Shown here: positions 30,429 through 40,814 of the stretch, piece by piece
Layout of the letters: every line of letters begins with the position of its first letter
Position numbering within the stretch: position 1 is the first letter of the stretch
Assembly: GCA_023334545.1 (NCBI GenBank)
Contig: JAADVB010000037.1
Span: 1-64,000, forward strand
DNA from: Salisapilia sapeloensis CBS 127946
Taxonomy: Eukaryota; Protista; Oomycota
DNA: 64,000 nt
Reading direction: 5' to 3'
The notes under the pieces: model-generated
Seen by the model: only the letters and a program-made list of their open reading frames with translations
The model's database searches: none
What the model was told of the DNA's origin: nothing
Position numbers and translations under genes: made by a program

Positions 30429-32430
30429 ATGAGTGAGACGTCGAGCGTGCACGGCCGGCGTCGAGCTGGTATGACATCACCGATGCCGGATATGGATGAT
30501 GGAGAGGATTTGGTGGAAATGAAGTCGACAAGACTTCGGCCGCAATTGCGTTGCAATGCATGCTGGGAGATTCTCCTCGCAGACGCAGACGCAGCGCAGA
30601 CTTGTTATCGCACAAGTTGCAGTCATATCTTTTGCGTACGTTTGCCCCTGTATGCTGTATTCGCCTGGAGGATAGCAATGGATTGGTTTGGCATAGGAAA
30701 AATGCGCTTACAAGCACTTTGGGTCGGGAAGACTGGTGTGTCCAGGATGTGATACAGGTACCATTGTGTGCTGCATCCTACTAGACGTAGCGATGCACTA
30801 ACCACTTGGATTGCTTTGCACTAGATCTGAGCGAAAGGTGGAAATCTGTATTGAACATGTCGTAAAGTGAAATGTAACATGCAGCATGATGTGACTGCAG
30901 CGGTGGTATCTATGAGACGTAAGACAATTCAGAGTAAAGCGCAAAGTAATAGGAATATTGTAATGTAAACTGCAAATTTTACACTGTAGAACGGTGCACG
31001 GTGCTGTAGACCCAAAGGTATATCAAGTTTTCAAGTCGTGAAAAGGATTTCGTGATAGCAATGGAGGGCATATGAAGAGGACGGAAGCGATTTGGGAGGA
31101 AATGGTGGCTGACCCGTCTGCCTGCTTTGGTACTTCAATCTATTAGTATGCATTGATTAATTTGCCAGCATTTTACTATCTTACTCTGTAGAACACTTTC
31201 AACAAGCGCTCGGTAGACTCTTTCACTTCTACCCTTGAATCAAGTACACTTGTATGAATAAGCTGTCTATGCTCCTGCTTTCAACAGACTTTGTGCTTGT
31301 ACGAACTGGATCATTAAATATCCCTACCTAGCTAGTACCAACTAACTCTATGATGATAGTTTCAATTGGCCCAAGATTCGTATCGGTATGATGCATTCAT
31401 CGAATTCTCAAGCTATTATTGACTTTTGTGTCCATCATAGTCAGGTTCACGTTTTTAAAACTCATAAGAGCGACGAATTGATCTAATAGGAATGCATACT
31501 CGATGACAGGAAGAAAGTCGTAGACAAATGGGTTTGATTTGGCATCTAGAAATTTACTGTCTATAGCATTTCGTTAACGATATACTGTACAATGTAGCGG
31601 AAGAGCAGAAGGCGTACCAGGCACAACACGGTGAAAAGTACATTCAGCTGAAGAACTACACGGACAGGATCGAAGCAGAGGTCCAAGAGATGAAATCCAA
31701 GCTTCAGACTTTAACAACGTCCAACGAAGAACTGCGGGAGGTCAGTTGGGACGGTAAAATAGTCATAACTCTATAAGGATACTGACTCGTTCCAGGCGTA
31801 CAAAGAGAAGTCACGCAAGTGTCGGAACTGGGAGAAGATGGTAGGATAGTAACTTGCTGTAGAAAGAGATAAAAGTAGTAAAGTGAAGGTCTAGTGTCAT
31901 GCATTAAAAGCGCAACACGGAGGCCAGCGACAGTTTGCTAATGAACCATCATCTCCAACGGGGTCCATGCATTCGACAATGATGCAGGATAAGAATCTCA
32001 TGCCACAGTCACCATCGCGACATGGGCATGAGAAGCGACAAAGACGACTAGCTTTTGGATCTTCCATGGCTAGAAAGCCACCGTCACGGCCACAGATGAT
32101 GCAGTCTGGACGAGAGTCGTCTGCTTTTGTGAGGCAACGACCTAGTAACTCGACATTTGAACAGTTTCGGAGACCTCGATTCGGTAAATGCCTCTAATCC
32201 GATGCTATTCGAGCTGTCATCTGACGCATCGACCGATGTAGGGATGGATCGACCTATCCGTTCGTCTCAGGCACCCGACACGACGAGTCATTCAAGGATG
32301 ACTCGACCGAAAACGCCATTGCAGGTCCCACACCGAGGAGGCATCTTTTCCAAGAGGTTTGTCCTACGGACTGTGTTTCGTTGCACTTACATCTTAACGG
32401 ATGGACTTTAGACCGAATTTCCAACTCTGA
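30429..32430 (+). CDS. HEI10: HEI10/CCNB1IP1-like RING E3 ligase (meiotic crossover factor), intron- and microexon-rich
   Basis: LRCNACWE...TSCSHIFC|EKCAYKHFGSGRLVCPGC RING, a coiled coil, AYKEKSRKCRNWEKM resembling HEI10 Y.EKSRQKRKL, and a disordered tail. Some central junctions are uncertain; the 3' end was rebuilt through introns to TGA at 32428-32430. Confidence 0.7.
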
Positions 32431-32516
32431 TGCATGCTCTACCTTTCGTCTATAACTTGATCTCGAAAGACTTTATTTTTGGATTGCTTGTTTCCGGTTT
32501 GTTTGTATCGTACGAG

Positions 32517-33739
32517 ATGGAAGTAGAAATTCGCATTGTACGAGCTCATCTCTTGCTATCACTTACTGAATTAGCTCGTGAAGATGGCATCGTCTCGCTT
32601 TTACGTTCAGATGATGTCGAGCGACTTGGTTACGCATCCATCAGCCGGGATGCTCCTCCAAAGAAAAATGTTGTCCAAACGCTCCTGCGATGGAAAGATC
32701 AGCAGACGGACCCTACATTAAAGCTGACGATACCCATGGATATGAATGAACTCGTTCAGTCGTATGATGAAGAAGAGGATGAGAATCAATGTCCATTACC
32801 AAAGGTTGAATGTTTACTCTTCCTACTTTCTCATAAGAGCGAAACTACAAGTGATCGACCAAAGATCAGTCTTCTGACGAGAGCCACTTTGCAATTGACA
32901 GCACAAGATCTAAATGAAGTAAACGAATCGTGTGAAGTTGTTTTTCGGGCGACTCTAGAGGATGGTTTGGGAGAAATAGAGCTCAAGATACGTATGCAGA
33001 ACAAGTTGGATGATAGAGTTGCGTCCTTCGATCCACCGAGTGGTTTCCAAGTCCAGTATAGCTCTCGAGAGGCATTTGAAGACAATCAAAGGAAGCAAGG
33101 TAGTCGACTATATTTATTGTAAATATATAAACTCTTGCCCATGGTCGTGTAGCTCAGAACCGAGAGAAAATGGAGGCAGCATTGCTGAAGCGGCTGAGAA
33201 GTGTAGAAGCAAAGGCAGCCAAGTATCTCGAACTTCGGGATGAAGCCGTTTACATGCTACGAAAGATGCATGCTGCTAGAAATATACAGCGTAGTTATCG
33301 CACTGCTTTGCGTAAAAGGCAAGAAATGCAAGAACGATTGCAACGAGCCAAGGCCGCGATTAAGGTGGCAAATAGATTACGTGCCAAGGAAACCGTCGTG
33401 CAACGTAACCGCGATCGGGCACAAGCTATGAGAGAACGCATTCGACGAGTTCAAGAGAATCATCAAGCAGTCTATGCATTCCAAACTGCACATCGTGAGC
33501 TCAGACACTGTAGACCGATGCAATTGGGCGTATGGAAACCTAGGAAGTACCCTTCACTTCAAGTTGAAGCTGGAAGTGACCAACAGCAGCTACTTGCCAC
33601 TGACTATTATAATAATCGTCGAGGCGCAGATCCTGATGTTCCACTGAAACAAGATATCCAAGAAAACTACATAGACCTCGATCCTGCCCTCGTCCAAGCG
33701 ATCCGCGTCCTCCACTTGAATGACCAGGATACATTCTAG
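32517..33739 (+). CDS. Hypothetical protein with a C2-like beta-rich N-terminal domain, coiled coil and IQ-like motif
   Basis: A 53-nt intron (33100-33152) joins two track ORFs in frame (QRKQ|AQNREKMEAALL); AARNIQRSYR IQ motif. Confidence 0.6.
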
Positions 33740-33877
33740 GTATATCATTCTATATAGTAATTTTACCCCTACCAATGTCTAATTTGCTCTCTGTGATAAA
33801 CCTTGTGCGTTGACAACAAAAGTGTGATCAAATCAATTTTACCACTTCAGACGGCATTTGCTCCAGTTTAGACGACG

Positions 33878-34720
33878 ATGGAGACTCCTCCGACGCTGCA
33901 AATTAAGTATATTTACCAAGTTGTAAGCCTTTGATTGCATGTACTTACATTTCTTCACTAGAAACTTTGTTTGCTCTGCCAACTTGGGCATGCGCTTCGA
34001 CCTGTCATCTTTAGTCGGGAAATCCCAACGTAAAGCCGAGCTAGTACCCAAGAAGAACTGCTTGTTGATGAAATTAAACCCTCAAACGCATGGCAATGCG
34101 CCAATGCAAAAGACCACAGCTCTATTATTCGCCAATGGCAAAATCGTATGCACGGGAGCGTCATCAGAAGACGGTATTCGGACAGCAGCACGACAGTTCA
34201 CGCAAGTGATTCAACGCATGGACCATCCTGGTGTCAATCTGATCGACTTTAAAATCCAGAATGTCGTGGGCGAATGTGCCCTCGGCTTCCGTGTTCTTTT
34301 AGAGGAATTGTCCTTTGCATATGAGGATTGCACCACTGTACTTGACTTTCTACTATTTATATATCTATAGTAGTACTCATGATATGTACAGTACGAGCCA
34401 GAGCTGTATCCGGCGCTAGTTTATCGCATGGAGGAACCAACAGTCAAGATATTAATTTTCGTCAGTGGCAAAGTCGTCTTCACAGGATCCAAAGGTCCAC
34501 AGGACTTGCACACTGCCTGTCAACGAGTCTATCCTGTACATTCACATCGCTCTTATATGCTTTCACTACAAAATATCTAACTTTGATACAGATCTTGCGT
34601 CAGTTTCAAGATGAAAAACCGGTACGATCGAATGAAACGTCGAGCTCGAACGCTCCAGTGGAAGCAACGATGGCTGCGTCGGAGGATGTGACGATAACTG
34701 AAACGTCCGATGTACACTAA
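33878..34720 (+). CDS. Divergent TATA-binding protein / TBP-like factor (four exons)
   Basis: Introns 33907-33961, 34338-34391 and 34536-34591. Two TBP repeats: IKNFVCSANLG..TTALLFANGKIVCTGA and KIQNVVG..YEPELYPALVYRM..LIFVSGKVVFTG. Confidence 0.88.
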
Positions 34721-34761
34721 GAGATCCAAATATACAAAAGAGGTCAAGACATCTACGGTGT

Positions 34762-35681
34762 TTATTTGATTTTGGCCGCATTGGCCTCTGGCAGACGTTC
34801 GATGACATACTTGCGACTAGAAATGTACATGATGGGTACACCTGGTACTTTTCGGATCCGGCGCTTGAGCTCCCGATCACACGTCGCTACAACATAACAC
34901 CGATGCTGTTGGACGCGCTGGACGAGACAGTCATCTGCGTACGTCCCTTTGTGTGTGCAAGGTAGACGCTCGAATCGAGGGTCTTTGGCCAATCTGTATG
35001 ATACAACATCAATTTAGGTGGAGGAAAGAGTTAGGGTATTTCATGTACGTACCGAAGGGCGACGCGGTATTTGTGTCCAAGCTTCTCCAGTTCTGCCATG
35101 ACACAGTCGGTGATGCATGGAGTGGCTATAGGCATGTTCGTCAGCTAGATGTAATCGTATGCTGGGTTATATGAAAGGAACCTTTGGCGAGAAGGCAATC
35201 CATCATGGCCGAGACGATTTCCAGTTTGTTTTTGATGGAAAAGTTGATGAAATTCGTATCGACAAGAACGCTGTACGGAGGTCCGAGGTTGGTGTTGTAC
35301 TTAAAGAAGAGGTTGGACGGGGTTTGGTCGCTACATGGCATACAATTAGACGGATAACAAGAACGGTTGGACGGATGACGTACATTTGCTTTGGAGCAGC
35401 AGCCTTCTTTTTCTTCATTTCATTCTCTTGTTGCTTCTTCTGAACTTCATTGCTGATATGAGGTTAGTGCGTATACTATAAATCTTTAGACAAAGAATAA
35501 ACGTACATGCGAACGTCCTTGGGACTGATCATACGCTTGACAGCAGCGAATTTGCGTGTCTTCTTGTCTTTACCCTATTTTCAGCACAAGCAAGAAGAGC
35601 AAACATGGTAAGTCATTGTTCACATGGATTTATAAAGTCAAGACGCAAGTAGAAACGAGTAGAGAGATGACTACGCACCAT
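34762..35681 (-). CDS. FCF1: rRNA-processing PIN-domain nuclease FCF1/UTP24 (multi-exon; ATG alone in exon 1)
   Basis: [92 protein letters not shown]. Confidence 0.93.
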
Positions 35682-35887
35682 GATGCCGATTCGTCCTTCG
35701 CTCCAGCAATTTTGTGTCGGAAGAGGTTGATGTATCAGGTCGTTCCAAGGTTGCGCTACTTTTTTAATACTAAAATGTAGTATGATGCGGTTGAGCTTTT
35801 CAGCTTGAAGTCCACAAACGACTTTCGCACGACCTGAAATAACATGAACCAACACAACGAGTGCTCTATCAGGTCGCAGTCGAGGTG

Positions 35888-36968
35888 ATGGCGTCGAAGA
35901 AGAGCAATGGCAAGCGTCCATTGCGTCAGAATGGACATGTAAGTGCATTAAAGTTAACATTATTTCTTCACGAGCTCAGATATGCTCTAGAGTCAATTTG
36001 ATGAGGATGACGGCCAAGCGATGACTTCATTCGATCTATCGGAAGAAAAGGAAGAAGGCAAATTTGACGACAATGGGCATTTTGTGTGGAGCAATGAGGA
36101 TAAGGCTGTACAGGAAGACTCATGGCTAGAAGGCATCGACGCAAAGCAAATGGATGCTGCAAAGAGCGCAAAAGTAGATAAACGTCCATCACGTCCTTCC
36201 TACATATTTCTCAGCCATGACCTCATAGAGTCGCAGGGATGTCCAGAATGAAGTCGAGTCGGAGCAGATGACGGAAGAGAATGCTAACAAGACTCTGGAA
36301 AGCTTATTAAAACCACGAGAGACCGTCTTGCAGGCTCTGAAACGACTAGGTACCCCTCTCGACATCATTTCCATCAAACACACGTGCTCATCGGTTTTCC
36401 ATAGGGACTAAGAAGCGATCCAAGGCTGGTAATAAACGTCGCCGGACAAGTGAGTCGGCGACAGAGCAGACTGCAGAAGAGAAGCAGCAGTTCAATCAGG
36501 TCACAGAAGCCGCTGACTTCCTCATCCGGCGAGGGAATGGCGACGTCTACAGCCAAATAAGAGAAGAGTTTATCCCGGAAGACGATCTAGTACAGAGGCA
36601 AGAGGATCAAGAGGGACATGTACGATTTAGTGAACCAGAGGAAACGAAACAGAGTCAAGGACCAGAAACCATGTGGGAGTACAGGGGCACGGACGGACAG
36701 ATCCATGGTCCTTACCCTACTTCTACTATTGTCGCGTGGCAGCAACACGTACGTGCATGCGCGTTTGCTTTCGTAGAACCGTTCTAACAAGGTGTTATAG
36801 GGATACTTTAAAGGTTCGGGAGCTGTCCCGATGCGGCAGAAGAAAGCGACGGAATCAGAGGAAAAGGTATCGGCAGAGCAAGAGCTGCTGAACGATTTTG
36901 ACGATAGTGACGAGGAGAAAGAGGACACTTGGGAGCAGTCGGACCAGATTGATTTCAAATCGTACTAG
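35888..36968 (+). CDS. CD2BP2: CD2BP2/Lin1/U5-52K homolog with C-terminal GYF domain (multi-exon; start approximate)
   Basis: MTSFDLSEEKEEGKFDDNGHFV..DSWLEGID; LLKPRETVLQALKRLG; FNQVTEAADFL; WEYRGTDGQIHGPYPTSTIVAWQQH|GYF. Confidence 0.85.
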
Positions 36969-37004
36969 TGCATTCTTCCTAGCTTCAAGTCCATATTAAA
37001 GTTT

Positions 37005-37873
37005 TCAATCCTGCTTCTTCGTACTCGGTCGTCGACGCATACCAGCCGCCGACTGGGACGCACCAGCCGAGCTAAAGTCGGAGGAAGCGGCCTCACTCAT
37101 GCTGCCCGTACGGTTGCCATACTTGAAGCTATGTACTTCTCCCACATGACCAGCGTTGGCATCTTCTTCGTCACTCGAGTCCTCCGCCATGAGAGGGCGA
37201 TGACTAACATGTCTTGTTAACTCCGTTCACAACGCTGGAGAGATGGAATGTACCTGTATAAATCCTGTCGTGTCGATATCTCACCTGTCGTACGATAATG
37301 AGCATACATGTCCTGCATCCGACGTCGCATCGCTATAGTTTACATGAGTTTAAGTACGACTAGTAGGTACTTAACGCGCTTACTATCGCTCATGGACGAG
37401 ACGCGTTCACTCAGGTATGAGAATGTGTCACTCGCCATCTCTGCTGCTGTTTTCTCCTGACTTGCGGCATTCGTCTGTGCTGTACCGCCAAAGTGCGCTG
37501 CCATGTCATCGTCTTCCATCAGTTGCTGTCGGAAGAGCTCATTTTGCATCATCTCGGCCAACGCAGCATCGCGCTGTTCCTGCTCGGAGGAATCTGGGAG
37601 CTTTAGAAAGTCGTCTGGTAGTTTATTCTCCCGAATTCTAAATGAAGCAGACTTTTTCGTATCTCTCGAACGCGCAGACGGAGTCGATTGCGGCGTGCCT
37701 TTCGTCGCCTGCACGACGGAACGGGCGTCGTTCGCGTCCATGGAGATCATCATGTCGATTGTGTTTTCCAAGTGTCCATGGTTCATCTCGAGCATATCAG
37801 AGAGAAGCTGTTCTTCCCATCCAGGGAACATATCCCGTAGCGTTGAGATGCCTTCTTCGTAGCTTAACGCCAT
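37005..37873 (-). CDS. CUE domain (ubiquitin-binding) protein (three exons)
   Basis: TLRDMFPGWEEQLLSDMLEMNHGHLENTIDMMISM is CUE-like; EQRDAALAEMMQNE UIM-like helix; two short introns restore the frame to the 37005 stop. Confidence 0.8.
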
Positions 37874-37999
37874 GCTCGTGGATTAATTCTTGTTCTGCTT
37901 ATGTATGAGGTCGTGATCTCATAATGATTGTTGCCTTTGATAGCAATAATTACAAGTATTAATGCAGGACAGACAAGAAATCGGACACAAAAACGCTTG

Positions 38000-39144
38000 A
38001 TGGAGATGACTCGATCCGCGAGATGTCTTCTTGCATTCTCAATGCTTTTCTGCCTGGCGATGGCAGAAGAAGATGTTCGGACATGCAAAAGTGTTGGTGG
38101 ATTAAAATTCGATGCGTCCATGGAGCCTATGCAAAGGGTAGTCGCAGTATCTCGTGAACCTAAGAGTCAGACAAGGGACTCAAGTGATATGTTCGTATGG
38201 TAATAGCCGAGGGAATTGAATGTGTGTGGCAAGTATGGCCACAACACGTGCTGCAATGCAACGCATGTCGATACGCTCAAATGGTACAACTTCTACATAA
38301 AGTATGACACAGACATACAGATGTGATATCGAATGTACACAGGAAGATGCGTGAAGCTGCTACTGCGAACTTTAACGACAAGTGCCAACAAATGACCAAA
38401 GTATGTCTATCCAACGTTAGTATCTTATAGATATACTGACACGAAAACGACAGGAAATGACTTGTGCTCCGTGCCACCCGGATGTCGGAACGTCTCGAGT
38501 GAAATCCGTTTGCCAGCGATTCTGCCAAGACTGGTTGCTTTCATTCCCACGTCTCTCTTATCCGTCGTCAACTCAATATCTATGTTAGGTACGACTCGTG
38601 TGCGAGTGAGTACTATGCGTACAGTGCGACTGGCAGCCTCCGCCCTTGCTATGGCAACGCACTCGTCTGTTCCCCTCTGTCAACCATTGCTACGACTCCA
38701 TCCGAGTTCTGCAACCGGATGGGATACGAAGTGGGTGATGCTGATGATGTGGAAGGCCAGGAGTGCTTCGATGGCTCTGTCTCCAAACGCATGGGTTCCC
38801 TTCCTCCCTCAGAACCTTGGCACGTCCAAGCGCAACGGTAGCTTTATAGTACCTGAAAGTATTCTAGTATCGGTACTAAGGACGTGTATAGATTCTGGGA
38901 AGAGCAGTCGACTAATCCGACGGAATGGGGCATCCTAGCTACTTTCGTCCCGTTCGCTCTGATCTTCATCACGTCACGATTGATGAAGTTGTGGCGAGAA
39001 GCGTCGTCAGTACCATCGATAGAAGAAGTGAGGAGGAGGCAGCAGGAGGCGTATGGAGAAGTGGATGAAGATGGAAGTGACGTCGATACTGACAGTGTGA
39101 GTGAAAGTGAGATGAGGGAAGAGATAGAGGAGACGGAAGTGTAG
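38000..39144 (+). CDS. Folate-receptor-family cysteine-rich protein with signal peptide and C-terminal TM helix (multi-exon)
   Basis: Signal MTRSARCLLAFSMLFCLAMA; exons with NTCCNATH, YDSCASEYY, PCYGNALVCSPL, EFCNRMGYEV, ECFDG; TM WGILATFVPFALIFIT; acidic tail. The exon chain is only partly reconstructed. Confidence 0.6.
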
Positions 39145-39191
39145 AGTGAGTGAGTGGCGAGTAAGAAGATAACATTCATTCCAACTCGAAA

Positions 39192-39978
39192 TTAATTCTT
39201 AAGTCGTTGCAATCGCTTCTGTTCACCTTCCAACTGTAGCACACTACGTCAGCTCCAGTCAATACTAGGATAAAGACAACTACGTACCACTTTTTGAACA
39301 CGTTGGAGCGTCGGTCCTTTCGAAGCGGAGCAGTTCTTTGGTTGGTATGGAGGCGTAATGACAACTTCACCCATGACCCGGATCTTTTGTCCATCCCATT
39401 CACAAGGCATCCTACAAGACGTACGTGAGTACACATATAGTATTTACACACGGCAAAGACGGTATTGTACGTTTTGTTCAGAGCGTCGAAGATGGCTTGG
39501 GCTTCGGCGCTGACGTTTTTGCCGATGGAAGCAAGAGCTCGTTCTGCCTGCTGCCTGTTACGCATCTCCAGCCGCATCAAGTCGTCTTCAGAGATGGATG
39601 GAAGTGTCTCCTGAACGTCCTTTGGAGCCTGCTTGACGACCTATAGATCATTCAGTCGAGATAAAGTGGATGTAGCATGCAATCAAGTCCTACTTCGATG
39701 TTTTTCAATGCATCCAACTGGAAGATCCTGGTCTTAGTCTTCTGGCCATTCGACTCTTCTAAGCACACATAAAAGTTTAGCTGTTGAACGATACATGCGT
39801 GGCAGTATCAGTAGCTACCGACGATGAGGAGCTTGGCAACGGGATCTAGCGTAAAGATAATGCCTTCCACTTGCTCCCCAGAGTTCGTGGTGACCTTCAC
39901 GACAGCTCCGATGACACCTCCGTCCACATTCAACTGTGACGGCATATCCAGTTGAGCTCGAGTATCCACATGTGCCAT
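39192..39978 (-). CDS. LSM12: LSM12-like protein (Lsm fold plus anticodon-binding AD domain; multi-exon)
   Basis: IGAVVKVTTNSGEQVEGIIFTLD; IGKNVSAEAQAIFDALNKT|MPCEWDGQKIRVMGEVVITPPY..NC; LQRVQKV|LEGEQKRL. Confidence 0.85.
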
Positions 39979-40157
39979 GGCGTCCAAGCCGCTGTACGAA
40001 TGGCGCGATTCGATGCGTGCGATGCTTGTTACAAAAGACGCCGGCCGACATTAGTGGCACCATTTACCTTGTACTTTGTATGCAAGTAAGACTAATATAA
40101 CGAGATGTCAAGACTCGCCGCACAACCTGTGGCGGAAAACAACGAGGAGAGCTTGCT

Positions 40158-40650
40158 ATGGGTCACGACGAGGGTACGTCGCTTTACTTGCATGTGTCTA
40201 TGCTAGAGGATGCTAGGTGGATGTAGGTTACTCCTACCATCCAAGGTGTTGGATGCAGTATCCTCTTTGCATGTCGAAGCACCGTTTGTACGAGATAACA
40301 GACCAGACCTTGTCGTTCTGGTGGTCTCGTCGATCGTATATGGACATTTCTCCTTACGCATTGCTCTTTGTGTATTAGAAATCCAGATTCCTTCTCGGGA
40401 ACAAATGGTGGACGCGCGTCTGCCGCTCCACTTCCGTGACCTGTGCTCTGGGATCTTGATCCCATTGAACGAGTGCCGACGGGAGACATTGTACCTCCCG
40501 TGGAAATGCCAGGACTTGCGTCACGCGTACGAAAAGTGCCAGCATGACGAGTACACTTCTATTTATCTATGTATCCAACTAGTTGCTTATGACTTTGCTA
40601 TTAGATGGAAGAAGCGTGTGGCTGTGCTCAAGCAGAACAAGCGAGGATAA
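40158..40650 (+). CDS. NDUFB7: NADH dehydrogenase 1 beta subcomplex subunit 7 (three exons)
   Basis: MGHDE|EIQIPSREQMVDARLPLHFRDLCSGILIPLNECRR..WKCQDLRHAYEKCQHDE|WKKR with twin CX9C-type cysteines; introns 40174-40378 and 40551-40604. Confidence 0.88.
40199..40349 (+). ncRNA. Candidate intronic H/ACA-type snoRNA
   Basis: Two hairpins in a 205-nt intron (agaggatgc/gtatcctct with inner ggatgtagg/cctaccatcc; ccgtttgtacga/tcgtatatgg with inner agacc/ggtct), followed directly by ACA at 40344-40346. No canonical ANANNA in the hinge. Confidence 0.45.
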
Positions 40651-40814
40651 ATTGATAGCGGGTACACGGCCAATGTTGCAGTCGAAGCGCTTTCCAATAC
40701 AATCGATCGTTAACAAAGAAGATGCTAGTATGATATCCAACTTTTTTATCCTTTATCAGGTCCAAGGAAACGCACGCCAATCTCTTTTCTTCGATCGATA
40801 AACAGATCCGGTCT

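Noticed and set aside
35576-35678. Longer (about 103-nt) first intron of FCF1 as a possible C/D snoRNA host
   Set aside because: No convincing C box; the terminal CTGA is equally explained as a branch-point region.
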